A stretch of DNA of 64,000 nucleotides. Source: Microthyrium microscopicum. Taxonomy: Eukaryota. The translations under genes and the position numbers were made by a program. The notes under the pieces were generated by a model, which saw only the letters and a program-made list of their open reading frames with translations, was not told where the DNA came from and did not search any database. How positions within the stretch are numbered: position 1 is the first letter of the stretch; the number at the start of each line of letters is the position of its first letter. This document shows, piece by piece, positions 38,741 to 51,159 of this stretch. The stretch is taken from assembly GCA_010405405.1 (NCBI GenBank), contig MU004242.1:717751-781750 (forward strand), written 5' to 3'.

Positions 38741-39545
38741 TGTTTGAGTGAGGTCGTACTTTGGAGTGGGATGGAGAAGAAAAGGCGATCGCAGCGTTAA
38801 TGGAAGCCTTATAGCTTGTGAATATCAGCAAATTGTGCTTTCTATTACCTGGACGGTTTGCCTGGTTTCTTTCAGCGATGACATCGCATCTTGATTGTAT
38901 TCAGCGAGCCGCAGCTGGCTTTCCACAACAGGCTAATAGTTCGGGACTGTACATGGTTAGAGACAAGCGGATACCATCTGACAGCAGAACCACAATGCAT
39001 CTTTTGGCATGCCATCCAAAGGTTGATTGCATTGTGTGGAGTTCGGGGTGGCAAATTGCCTGCTTTGTCGTCCCAGATCTCGTTTTTCCGCTGCCAGCAC
39101 CCGTCGGATGCCCAGGGAGCTATGGCACGCTGGTCATATTGATTGAATGTAGAAATGGCTTGGGCCAAATGACCAGGTTCAATGCAAATTTGTCTGTCTG
39201 TCATCCTACTGCGTCAAGTTCTCAACCCATAGGCTCGATGCCTCTGTAATTCGTCCAGGAATGGCACATGAGGTAGCAAAATGATAATCGGAGTAAATAT
39301 ATCAGAAATGGTAATTAAATGAATGAAAACATTATTATGGTTTACAAATTGCTCAGATCGCGGTCGTCTCACGGTCCGCCGGCTAAAGAATCATTTGACA
39401 CAAATGTAGCAGCATCTTTCTCGAGCGGACCAAACATGGCACCTGTTGAGCTGTTGAAATGATTATTTTGCTCATCTCTCTTTTGTTTGATGCGGGAGAA
39501 ATCATTCCGGTAGTCTGCCCTTTGCCAGTCAACCTCCCCTTCCTG

Positions 39546-40388
39546 TCATACTGACACAGTTGAGGATGTAGAAGAAGAAGAAACACTTGACGATGGTGCA
39601 CCAGTAGCTGATGAACTCACGCTGCTAGTCGTTCCGGTAGCTTTTTGAACTGTGGCTTGAACAATCTGTCCAAGCGAATTGAACACAATATCCACCAACG
39701 CATTCAATGGCGAGTAACTGTACGTTTTCTGAGTCAATCCTCCGGTCAAAGCCTTTGATGCGCCAGTGTAAGTCATATTTTGCAAGTAATCGCCTACAAT
39801 GGATGATGAAATTTTGCCAGTCGTATCCGTGACCTGCTGGACGATGTTTCCTAGATTGTCGACAAGGAAGTTCAGGGTATTGCCATTTTGAGTGACGCTT
39901 CCAAGAAGTCCTTCCACTGCTCCGACTACCTCGCCAAGGACGGAAGTGACATTGTTGATAGCAGTGATTAGCAGGGGATTTAGGTCCAGAGAAGAGAAGA
40001 CCCTGTTGACGATTTGCACGAGATTTCCGAGGCGTACGATAAGTTCCAGTTCTGCGTCAACATCCACAATAGTTATGTTGACTTTTTGAATTGAGACTTG
40101 CACTCCTGCGTTGATCTGTACCAGTGAAGCAACATTGGCATTAAGATTGATGTCCGCTGAGAGGTTTTCGACGTCCAGTTCAATGCGACCGACATGCAGT
40201 TTTGGGACATTCAAATAGACATCCGGTGGAGTTGCAGCTGGATTTCCTGGTGTTGTAGGTGTCGTTGTTACTGAAACAGCAGTTGACGAGGAGATTGTCG
40301 TGCTACTTGACGGTGGTGGAGTGCTTTGTGCCGACGACAATGAAACCAATGGAGCCAAAATGATCGTGAGTAACGAGAATGAAAGCAT
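39546..40388 (-). CDS. Secreted uncharacterised protein, paralog A of a head-to-head pair
   Basis: Intronless. Signal peptide MLSFSLLTIILAPLVSLSSA, S/T linker, core PDVYLNVP..IELDVENLSADINLNA..INAGV..VRLGNLV..SLDLNP. Confidence 0.8.
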   Translation of the reverse strand: MLSFSLLTIILAPLVSLSSAQSTPPPSSSTTISSSTAVSVTTTPTTPGNPAATPPDVYLNVPKLHVGRIELDVENLSADINLNANVASLVQINAGVQVSIQKVNITIVDVDAELELIVRLGNLVQIVNRVFSSLDLNPLLITAINNVTSVLGEVVGAVEGLLGSVTQNGNTLNFLVDNLGNIVQQVTDTTGKISSSIVGDYLQNMTYTGASKALTGGLTQKTYSYSPLNALVDIVFNSLGQIVQATVQKATGTTSSVSSSATGAPSSSVSSSSTSSTVSV

Positions 40389-40985
40389 ATTTGCTATCAT
40401 AAACCGGCGAAATATGATGTTCTGCACTGAGCCCAGGAGCCAGAAAAGACGTTGCAGATGCAGAAGAGATAAAACACGATCACTGCCATCGCATTCTTTG
40501 GAACGCAGTTAGATTAGACCCAAAATACTTCCAATATGATTCCTTGACCACCTGCTTGTTCCGGCAGGTCGCGATTCGATCCACAATCCACCGCATAAGT
40601 GTTTTGCTGAATGACCCAAAGAATCGACAGGCTTCAAATAGGGGCAACCAATAAAACAGCATGTTTGTAGTTCCCGCGTGGTAATCCTTGCGATAGAGAC
40701 CGTTGTTTCACGTTTTAATGCAGGGAATATTCCCACATCTCCAGCAGTTTTTGAATTGGCTAGAGTCGTTCCCCTGCTGTTTCAATCTATAGCCGTTGAT
40801 GCCCACCAGGTTCCTAACGGTAGCCAGCCTTGTAGGCTGAACATGATGTCCAGAACCCCAAGCATGGTAATGAATATGCGCGTAAAAACAGAATGAGATC
40901 GAAAGATAATAGTCGGAACTGCCTTCGAGCTTCTCCCCTCCTTTGGCTTACTGTCCTTTGTCACCAACAGTGATTCTGCAGCACG

Positions 40986-41873
40986 ATGGTTTCACTCTTC
41001 ATCCGGAGGCTTCTGATACTGCTTTCGACAGCCTTTTCAGCTCAGTCGCAATATTCTGGCTACTCCTTAAAGCAAACCGGGGACCCGAATTCAGTTGTGT
41101 ACAACACCTCCAGCACCACATCCAATGCCACTTTAAATTTGACCCCCGACGTCTTCCTCAATGCCTCAGTATCTGTCGGCGAAATTGACATCCTCGTCGC
41201 CAACCTGAGCGCGAAAATCAACTTGGACGCCCAAGTACTATCACTTCTCAAATTCAACGCTGGAGTAGCAGCTCAGATCGACCGCGTCTCACTTACCATT
41301 CAGAATGTGAGCGCATTCGCCCAGCTCGAAGTCAGACTTGGAAACTTAGTCTCCATGATTGACGATGTTCTTGACTCGATCGATCTAAATCCCGTAATCG
41401 CAACACTAGGCCAAGACGTTGGCAACCTAGTGAACACGACAGTCTCCGGACTCTCCGGAAGCGGCGCAACGCAGACATCCAAAAACAACCTCACTGCGCG
41501 GTCCACACCTCCTCTTGGTCCATCTTTCGTTCTCACTGAAAACATCTTGTACAGCGTGAACAACTACGAAGGCGATACACACACGAACCGCATTTTGGCT
41601 CAAAATGGCAACATCGTGGACGAAATGCTGAACAATGAGGGCGTTGTGTCTAGCGATAAAGTGGTTGGGAGTTACGCCACTGACATGACGCCGACTGGCT
41701 TTGATCAACAAGTCACCATCAATGGCGTGGTATATCGCGAAACAGAGTGGGATTATGCGCCTATTCCTGGTCTGAGCATCGTCGCGGCCATCTTTCAAGA
41801 TGCTGATGGAACTGTGGTCGCGACTAGGGTTCTGGCTGAAGCTAGGGGAGGCGGATATTCCACGATTGATTGA
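40986..41873 (+). CDS. Secreted uncharacterised protein, paralog B of a head-to-head pair
   Basis: Intronless. Signal peptide, core PDVFLNAS..IDILVANLSAKINLDA..FNAGV..VRLGNLV..SIDLNP, clearly homologous to 39546-40388. Confidence 0.8.
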   Translation: MVSLFIRRLLILLSTAFSAQSQYSGYSLKQTGDPNSVVYNTSSTTSNATLNLTPDVFLNASVSVGEIDILVANLSAKINLDAQVLSLLKFNAGVAAQIDRVSLTIQNVSAFAQLEVRLGNLVSMIDDVLDSIDLNPVIATLGQDVGNLVNTTVSGLSGSGATQTSKNNLTARSTPPLGPSFVLTENILYSVNNYEGDTHTNRILAQNGNIVDEMLNNEGVVSSDKVVGSYATDMTPTGFDQQVTINGVVYRETEWDYAPIPGLSIVAAIFQDADGTVVATRVLAEARGGGYSTID

Positions 41874-43351
41874 GCTATTAGCATTATGGGTTAGATCATG
41901 GGAGTGATAATACCTGAGAAAAGCTTCCACTGCTTTTAAAAGTCTTCCGCATTTGTGGTTGCACCAGAAACTTTCAGTGACGAGAAGAGACCGCACCAAA
42001 GCCACGTGCCTAAAGGCTCGACCGCTTGTCATGGGATACCAATGACCAATGTCTACGACTGCACAATGCAAGATATCAACCTCTGGACGAGTGCCTTGAA
42101 TTCTGAATGGATCGATTAGCTTGTTCGGCAAGTGCTGGAGGGTAGAAAGCCTTAGCGTACTTTCGTAATGTGTGATCAGATATCTAATACAATCAAGATG
42201 TAGTTTACTTGGTCCATAAGCGTTGTATCCTATTGCTGTGTTATATCTGTTGATACCTACTTCACCCTGCGCTGAATTGAGCCTATAAGTAAGATCAACA
42301 CTGCCATGTCCTCTCAGTTAGAATCTTGGATGCAATAGCCTGTTCGCTTTCCATGACTAGAATCTATGTCACCCATTGCTGAAAGTCAATCGACATGAGT
42401 TCATGCCGTTTGTCCCATGCAAGATATAGACGAGGCACACTAGCTCAAGTGTCTCTTTGCCTCAGCTTTGCAAAGAAAGGACATCCATATTTGACAATGC
42501 GGTCAGAGCTCGATGTTGCTCTCAATTGCTCATGTTCCTGATTACTTTTAGTACCGAGGCCAGCAGTTTAAAATGTCAAGCGACTGGAACAATCGATAAA
42601 TCGTTCTGACTCAGGCCTTTGGTGCCAGACAAATTATAAACAGACGTCATTGTAATGCGCAACTGCGGTATCATCTATGGATTATACATAGTGCCAGACT
42701 TTACCGTCTACCGCTTGAGTTGAAATGGCCGAGTCGTGTCCCTGGAGCATATTGGTACGTCATTCTCAATACTTGTACACTGGAGTAGGCTGACTCTCAG
42801 CCTTACCTATAGCTTACTGACCTTTCTAGATAGATGATCGGCAGGTCTGCTCGAATCAAAGCTGTCGAGGAGATTTGTTCCCTTAATCCGCCAAAAAGGG
42901 TCTTCGTGACCCGGTAATTCGAGGGTCTCGGAGGTCGATGCCATCCATGGCCTTTGCCCTTCCTGTCAAATCCAACGTCTCCGAAATTCACATATGACGT
43001 ACGGCGCCTAAGCGTTGTTCCTGAATCACTCGAGATGGCAGGGCTTGATCCCAGGTCAAATGGCCGACATACCAATGAACACAGGGGTATAAATTATTTC
43101 CGTCAAGAACAACTGACGTCAAAGTGCTAAACAAACAAAATGAGACGGCCAAGCCACTGTGAGATTTCACAATAGAGAGCAGTTTCCAAGATACATCCTA
43201 GTCGAACTGCAACGGTCAGGCGGTAGTTTTTCTGGGGTTATAACATGTTTTCTCAGATTCTACAGTGACAATACGCAACCTTGCAAGGAGATATCTCCGT
43301 AGTTGGAAACCCAGGTCGTTGATATCTTGAAGAAGTTGATCTGGCATTGTG

Positions 43352-43360
43352 TATATAAAG
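43352..43360 (+). promoter_or_regulatory. TATA box
   Basis: TATATAAAG about 140 bp upstream of the ATG at 43491, followed by a CA-rich leader. Confidence 0.5.
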
Positions 43361-43490
43361 CGTCAGTGTCTCGACGTTAAAACATACCTATTCAAACTCA
43401 TCAACTCATCAAACAATACAAAGCAAACTTACATCTACTCCAGACTTACTTTCAACTATTCTTCCTTTAAGAAAACATCATCTCTTCAAT

Positions 43491-44207
43491 ATGAATTCTA
43501 CCATGAACACAAACGAGGCCAGCTTCGGCGCCAGCGACAACTTCGAGTCATCCAACACTGACAACTTCCAATCCTCCAACAGTGATAACTTCCAATCAAG
43601 CTCTGTCAACGACACCATGAACACATCAGAAACAGATACTTACAACACCAACAACGTCAACCACACTAGCGGCGTTAATAACGGCGCCTATGCCAACAAC
43701 TCCTCAACCACCTCCACTACATACGGTGGCCAAGCACCCCCAGCCAGCTACTCGCAAACGACCACCAGCACGAACGGTCATAACCAAAGCGCCGGTTGCT
43801 TCTCAGGCGGGAGTATTGGACATGAAGTCAAACAAGCTGTCAAAACCGTTCTCGGAATGAAGAAGCATAAGAACGGCTGCGTGAACAACACCACGACGAC
43901 AACTAGCTCCAACTGCGGTTGTGCGAACCCAGCTACTTGCACACACAGCACCCAGAACAGCAGTGTTGTTGGATCAAACGCATGCGATTGCAATGAGACC
44001 GACACATACACCGACAATAAGACCTCAAACTTCTCTTCCAGCAATGAGGTCGATTCTTTCAACACCTCCAACAATATGAACAGCAGCAGCTTCAATGACA
44101 CTGAGAATATCTCTGGTCAAGCGTCAGGTGGATTTGAACAAGACAGCTCCTTTCAATCCAACGCTGGTGGAGGACAGGCGGTTCCTGCCGGAGGACCAAC
44201 TTACTAG
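43491..44207 (+). CDS. N/S/T-rich low-complexity protein with small Cys cluster
   Basis: 238-aa ORF with C-ending codon bias, repeats (DNFESSNT/DNFQSSNS/DNFQSSSV) and a CGCANPATC..CDC segment. Confidence 0.7.
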   Translation: MNSTMNTNEASFGASDNFESSNTDNFQSSNSDNFQSSSVNDTMNTSETDTYNTNNVNHTSGVNNGAYANNSSTTSTTYGGQAPPASYSQTTTSTNGHNQSAGCFSGGSIGHEVKQAVKTVLGMKKHKNGCVNNTTTTTSSNCGCANPATCTHSTQNSSVVGSNACDCNETDTYTDNKTSNFSSSNEVDSFNTSNNMNSSSFNDTENISGQASGGFEQDSSFQSNAGGGQAVPAGGPTY

Positions 44208-45090
44208 AGACTCTTGAATAGAATGAATTTGATGATTACGGGTCGTTTCTATAGCTTGTATTAGTACGCAGTCAGATAATAATGTATAATTGAAGCTCTT
44301 CATACTCAAAATTGATATTCAATTGTGTTACTTAATTTAGTATCAAGACAAGGTTCCCAGAAGAATTGCTGCCAATAAAACTCCCGTTTGAATCAGAAAT
44401 GGACACGCAAGCCATCAATTCCGAAATAATTTCGATTATCTTGGGCTTTTCCTCACTGGCGTCATGGTAGGTTGCATATTCCTGCTGAAATTCAACCACT
44501 ATTGCTTTGCCGGTAATCACGATAGTACTCCTCCTGTACACAGCTCCAATCTGCAGCGTCTCCACGGAGGGTGAGAGAGATCTTCTTGGCTGAAGGTACA
44601 TACTTACGAATCCGCAATGCTTGGTTGCAATTTCATTCATAACGATCCCTAGCTCGGGGAGAATTGGTATCGCTACAAGGATCTCACGGGACCCTTTCCT
44701 CGTCCATTGAGCTCCAGCGCTCTCAACAAAACGTAGAAAAGTCTTCTGAGCTTCGAGCGCGGCTTCAGTGAGTTGGAAGGTGGCCCCGTCTGGTATGGGT
44801 GTCGCCTGTTGCTCTGACTGCGAGTCTCGTTAACCTCGTCGACCAAGAAAGTAGAGTGTCGGCTTAGAAAGCTGGTTAGGTCCTGAGCGAAGCTACTTGA
44901 TCCATGGGCATCTCAGTATCGTGGTCGACATCAGATTTTTATATCAAAGAGGAGTAAGATGGCTGCAGTATGCGCTAAGACTAAACGGCGCTAGTGCACA
45001 AGATCCCTGTCCAAAATTTCGACTTTGTTCTTGTTCGTTTTGGTCCCCCCACAATTTTCTCGTAGAACTTACAACAACATTATAAAAATC

Positions 45091-47034
45091 ATGGCGACTG
45101 CAACACTGGAAAGGCCCACGGCCTTTCATTCTACTATGGATATCGACGAACCCTCGAAATCCTCCGACTTTGGTGGATTCTCAGACGCTGACGAGAACGA
45201 TGATGAGGAGCATTCCAGTGACGAGAGTGTGGACGACCCACGGGAGAAAGACGAAGAAGAGTTAGAGCTGGAAAATATGCTGTTTGGGTCCAAAACAGCA
45301 TTCGGAAAGGAAATTGGTCGATACGCAGAACAATCTAGGAAACTCGGCGCAGGTGAAGAGGAAGCAGAAAGCGATGAAGAACTTGAAGATGATCAGGTAT
45401 GATATTAGAAACCGCGAAGCTACATGAACTCCATATCTAACAAGTCTGCAGTTGTTCTTCTTAGACTCGGAACCTAGCGCCACTGCCCTTGCTAAGCTAA
45501 AAAGTAACGAAGACACACCCGACCTTGACGAAGACAATGGAAGAGATCCGCCTGCCTGGGCAGACAGTGACGACGATCGGATAAGAATATCTTTGGCCAC
45601 TGCCAGTCGACTAAGAAAACTGCGAAAGACGGAAGAAGAAGATGTAATATCAGGGAAGGACTACATTCGCCGACTCAAGCACCAGTACCAAAAGCTTCAT
45701 CCTGTGCCCCAATGGGTCTCAGATGCGCATACCAGTCGGCAAGGAAAAAAGAGACGTCGTACGCAAGATGGAGAAGAACTCACCGACGCTTCGACTTCGG
45801 ATGATGAAATGGACGTGGATAGTGATATAGAATCACAACAACCTCTCGCCAAGCTGCTTCGAGATGCCACAAGCCTTACAAGATCGTCAACATCTTCGCT
45901 GGGAAAACGGAAGCTTAAGCCTGAAGTCATTGACATTCGACAAGCCAAAGCCATCGCAAACAGTGGGCCAGTAAGCCAAGCATTGATATTCTCTATTCCC
46001 ATCAAGTATACTAATTACCATAGTCCGCAATTACCTCGCTACAAATCCACCCCACTCTCCCCATCCTCCTTGCTTCTGGTCCTAGCTCTCGCATGGATCT
46101 ATACCATCTACACTCCCTGTCTCCGAAATCCAGTACACAACTTACATCTCTCTGGATGCCGCGCACACCCTTCACCACCACCGCCTTCCACCCAAACCCC
46201 GCTGACGCCCGCATCTTCCTCTCCGCCCGCCGGCGCTACTTCCACGTTTGGAACCTGGGCTCGGGCCATGTTGAGAAGATCACTCGCGTGTATGGCCACG
46301 CTGACGAGCAGCGCAGCATGGAGCGCTTCAAGATCTCACCCACGGGCACACACATCGCCTTCTTAGGCACCGCGCGCAAAGGCGGTGGTATATTGAATGT
46401 GCTGGACGCCAACTCTCTGCAATGGGTAGCTCAGGCGCGCGTTGAAGGTCATGGTGGTATCGCCGAGTTTGCATGGTGGGCAGATGGCAATGGTTTGTGT
46501 ATTGCCAGCAAGAACGGCGAGATCACCGAATGGAGTATGGCGCAACAACGTACGATTGCACGCTGGCGCGATGAAGGTGCCGTAGGGACAACGACCATCG
46601 CGCTGGGAGGTAGAACGGGAGCATCGAAGATAGGTGGCGATGCGTGGATTGCGGTCGGCAGCTCAGCTGGTATCGTCAACGTTTATTCGCGGCGTAAGTG
46701 GGCGAACAGTCCAGCAACGACGGCGGACGAAGACAATGCGCGCATTCCAAGTGCGCCAAAGCCGGAGAAGGTTTTGGACCGATTGACGACACCGATCAGC
46801 AATCTCGTATTCTCACCTGATGGTCAGGTGTTAGCAATGAGTAGTCGATGGAAGAAGGATGCGCTGCGCCTAGTCCATCTGCCGACCTGTACCGTCTTCC
46901 GGAATTGGCCGACGGCGAACACACCACTGGGCCGGATCAGTGCGGTTTGCTGGGGTGAGGTTGAGGGTGTCGTCAAATTGGTGGTTGGCAATGAGGCAGG
47001 TAAAATCCGATGCTGGGAATTGGCCAAGCCGTGA
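45091..47034 (+). CDS. UTP18: U3 snoRNA-associated protein 18 (WD40), 3 exons
   Basis: EKDEEELELENMLFG, PAWADSDDDRIRISLA..RLRKLR..YIRRLKHQYQKLHPVPQW, C-terminal DALRLVHLPTCTVFRNWPT..TPLG. Introns about 45397-45451 and 45971-46023. Confidence 0.9.
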
Positions 47035-47071
47035 ACACAGCTCCCATCTCCTTAATGTTGGCAGGGAATAT

Positions 47072-47728
47072 TCACCAGGTACGCGCCGTGCTCGGTCTCG
47101 TCCTCGGCAACTGTCCTCTTACATACAATAACACATCACGCTGCATTTCGCGCTGCAACTCCTCGTCCGAAAAGCGTTTGCGCAGTGCTCGCAAATTCGT
47201 GCCTCGTGGTGTAGATTTGCGCCGGAGCTGATGTTTGCTTCCGCTGCTTTCCTGGCTCCACGTGCTTGATCTTGGATTATACGTCGGTGACACAGCTGTC
47301 GATGAAGCAGACGTTGGAGAAGTATATGTTGGGGTGGTAGGCAAACTCCCCTCCTCATCCGTCAATACCGTAGTCGAAGAACTCGCGCTCAACGCCGGCG
47401 TGCTCATTTGTAGAGTGTCTGGCCTCAAGACATCCTCCGGCGCCGGCGTGAAGACGCGCGGACTATAAAAAGCAGTCGACATTGGAGACAGGCAATTCAC
47501 CGCTCGGCAGATCAGCTCATCGGGAGTTGGCGGTTCATCGAACAAGAAACAAGCGTTGCGATGCAAAGTGCAGAATTCAGCGCTCTCAGCTCCCAAGCTC
47601 CAGGTACGCAGCAGCCAAGAGCGTTCTTTCGAATCATGAGAAGTTGCAAAGCCCGGCCTTTCGGTGAGCTGGTATGGCAGGTTCGACAGTGACTGAGGGC
47701 GCAGTTGCCTTTTTTGAAGAGGTGGCAT
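47072..47728 (-). CDS. Hypothetical S/T/P-rich protein (true start uncertain)
   Basis: 218-aa ORF convergent with UTP18; S/T-rich middle and a basic C-terminal helix. No recognised domain. Confidence 0.45.
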   Translation of the reverse strand: MPPLQKRQLRPQSLSNLPYQLTERPGFATSHDSKERSWLLRTWSLGAESAEFCTLHRNACFLFDEPPTPDELICRAVNCLSPMSTAFYSPRVFTPAPEDVLRPDTLQMSTPALSASSSTTVLTDEEGSLPTTPTYTSPTSASSTAVSPTYNPRSSTWSQESSGSKHQLRRKSTPRGTNLRALRKRFSDEELQREMQRDVLLYVRGQLPRTRPSTARTW

Positions 47729-48912
47729 ATTGACTATATCGAGCTATTGGTCGAATAGAGGAAATAACTTGAGATGAGAAAGATGCGGCGAGTCAGCGTT
47801 ACTTGTTATATAGCAAGCAATCGAAACTTCTCAACATCACCTGCTCGCCACAGTGTTGGTAATTCGAATATGAGGTACCAGGTGAATGACCTGCGACACT
47901 AGAGTCTCTTTTTGAACTTCGCGAGCCGTAGGGAATGGTAGGCAACAAACAGACAAAATGTCTCAGATGAGACATTCTTTCTTAAAACCCCTACCAGAGG
48001 ACTTGCATTGCTTTTGAATAGTCTATTTCACAACTGTCTGTTCCTTGGGACCTTTTGACTATCATCCTAGACAGCCTGACAGCCCACAGTTTGCTTGTCT
48101 CACGAGATATATCCTTACAATGAAATGTCGGGGTGGCAACCTCACAACTCCAAAGTAGTAAAGGAGCTACAATACGCCAAGCAGACTCAGCCTTTTGCGC
48201 TGGGATGCGGCTGGGATAGTTCTATGTGAAAGGGACCTAATGAGGAAAACAAGCTTAGCTATCTCGGATAGTGACTAAGAAAGCGGTATGGTGTTGAACT
48301 GTTCGGAGAAAGAAAATGTCTTGGATGCATATGCAGCTGTTCGGCCCGTCAGAACAACGTGGTTCGCGCGCGAAATCTGCATATTCTTCAAGCACGGCAT
48401 ACAATAGTAGGGGTGGGTATAGGTTGGTAGCAAGGATGATTATAGGTGGGTGTATAATGCTGTATCATCAAACATGGGTTATGTTGATAGGCTGGGTGGA
48501 GAGCCGAGTTGAGAAAACTTCCTTATACTGGGGTCATGAACAGATTGTGAAGGAATTGTTACTTCCACGGAATGAAAGGGAGAGTAGGTTACATGTATGT
48601 CATGCTTAAACAAAAGGATCATGATCAGGAGCTGAAGTAAAGCTGGAACGAGGCCAGGGTGAGAACATGCAATGGGCACAGTCAGCATGCGCAAAAGGGT
48701 TGTTTGGTTCACCGCCATAGCAGGTTGTGGTGTATATTGTATTATACTTTAATCATTTCATGCTAGTTAGACATATCTTTGAAAGCATACTCGCTATACT
48801 GCGATGCAAAACAGTAACCAAACGTGGACTCGACATATCGTCGGCTGGACAGCTAATTCCATTCATTCCAAGCGTCACTCAGCTCATAAAGCGAGTCCAT
48901 CACCATAGCTAG

Positions 48913-51159
48913 TCAATCAATCTCCCACGTTTCGCCCTCATTGTGATGGCCACCGACGTCTGAAGGCGTGACTGGTTCATCAGACGCATCGACGAAATGC
49001 GTCATTTTACGAAGCGGGTAATCATAATCGTCTACTTCATCGACTTCGTCCCAGCTCTCAGTACCGCTCTCGTCGTCCGAGGACCAGGCGCCAGGTATTG
49101 AGCGACGGCGACTATGACCTGGTAATGTATCTAGAATCCTAGCGGCAATTCGTAGCATCATGGTGACTAGATGCGCAGGCGGGCCGAGGAGAAATTCGCA
49201 GGTCCTACGGATGACGGCGGTGCTGAGTGGAGTTTTGGTAGGATCTCGAGGAGAGAATATGGAGAGTTGCGTGGGCCTGAGTTCTTCTTCATGGTCTTCG
49301 TCGTGGTTTTGTATTTCCAAGCGTTGAATTGGGCGCCGTAGTCGCAATGTTTGAGGAGGAGTGACTGCACTGGCATCTCCTGTATTTTCTGAGACGGATG
49401 AAGTATCTTCGGTCAAAGTGGGCGTGAGTGGTTCGACGTATGACTGAGGTACCTCCTGAGTATTCTGTGGCCGTGGGATGGCGCGAGGAGTATCTGGTAC
49501 TGATGTAGCAATTGAGGAATCTCGGCTATGCGTTGGTGTTGCAATGGAAATGGGAAATTGATGAGGTTGGATTTGTGGAACATGGTATAAATCAGATTCC
49601 TCCAGATCTTCCACTGAATAGAACGAATCCCGACTTGAGGATATGCTCGCAGTTTCAACGTCTGCTACCGCAGACTCGGCACCTGTTGTTGATTCGGGCT
49701 CCGTTTCCATCTCTTTCCTAGGCTGGAAACCCATTTGACCTAATGCTGTTGCCATACTGCTCATTCTCTCAGTAAGTTGCTTGATTTGCTCTTCCACCAA
49801 CTGTACATCTTTATCGCTATTAGGCCGTCTAAGAAATTCCAGAAAGCCATCGTCTTCATCGCTCTTCGGTTCGTGACTTGGATCAGATTGTTCATTAACA
49901 TTAGGATATGGTGTTTGTTGTGTAGTTACGTTGGACGCTTGATCGTCTGATGAGACCGACAAAGCAAGCTGACCGTATCCATGGTGCGGACGTGAATTCG
50001 GTATCTTGGCAACGCGTATTTGTGAAAGAGCTGGTTTATCTGAGTCAGGTATCTCCCCAAGAGACTCATTGGATCGAGAAAGCGGTGACGAACGTTCCCC
50101 TCCATATGTATTCATTCGCCGTGGCGGAGTTCTCAACATGGTCGGGGCATTGCTAATACGGTGAAGATGCTCTGTAGCTGGCTTTAGGTTTGAACGCCAT
50201 TGCTCACTGACTCGTCGATTGTTCTCTACGAACTGCGCTCGTCTATCCGCGTCTTCTGGTTCCCAGACTTTGTTCAGGCGCCACTTCTTCGCCTTTTCTT
50301 TCGGTGCTAATGATGCTCGACGAACTGGAGTAGGCGGCCGATCGGGAATTTCATAATAGCCCTTCTTAAAGGGACATGGAGTCTTTTCATAACGGCATAG
50401 GTTATCCAGAGTTTTCTTGAGCGCGTCAACCTGGTGTCGTTCTTCGTCGGATGAAGATGGAAGTTCAATCCGATAGTACGAGTTTTCCCGTACTCGAAGT
50501 ATGAAATTGGCGTCGTCGTCTACGCACCAACATTGCGATCGCTGGAGTATTGGTTTGAGGAATGCGCCGGAATTAAGGAAGGAAACGCCAGTATTAGGTA
50601 CACGATATATTCTGAGTGGACCTGAAAACAGATTTGTTAGTTCAAAATCGATTGATTTGCCGGAATATAGTCCGAAGAATTGCCAAACAAAAGATTGGAA
50701 ACTTTATTGGGTTACTGGGAACATGGTGGACGCAAGTCACTAAGCGCATGCATCATGCAGGTCCAAGACACGTCAAAGTCCATGATGATTGCATACTCTA
50801 GCCATTGGAGGTGATTCGGAAGCTCATGGCAAGTTTTCAGGGGTATAGTAGAGTAACATACCAGCCGCTAGAGTTCGTTCCGATGGTGTTCCCCAAGGAA
50901 GTGTGCCATCCTCTTTGTTGTCCGAGTCTGTGATACCAGAACTCGAGCCCGGACGCGAGTTAGGGGCACCGACTTCAAATGCAACGACTTTGGCAAAATC
51001 CAAGTTCAAAAGCGTATCTATGGAGTCAGGCGCATGGCTACTCTGAGGAGGAGTTCTCGTAGGGTCGATTAAATGAGTCGGGAGAGTATGAACACGGCGG
51101 ATTGTTGGAAAGGAGTGTGAAGGAGGTGGCGCACGTTCTGGAGTAGATGGGGTAGACAT
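48913..51159 (-). CDS. INP1: Inheritance of peroxisomes protein 1 (Inp1)-like, 2 exons
   Basis: AKVVAF..GTLPWGTPSERTLAAG|PLRIYRVP..VSFLNSG..PILQRSQCWCVD..FILRVRENSYYRIELP PH-like region across intron 50622-50861, then a long disordered region and LLGPPAHLVTMMLRIAARI. Confidence 0.75.
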
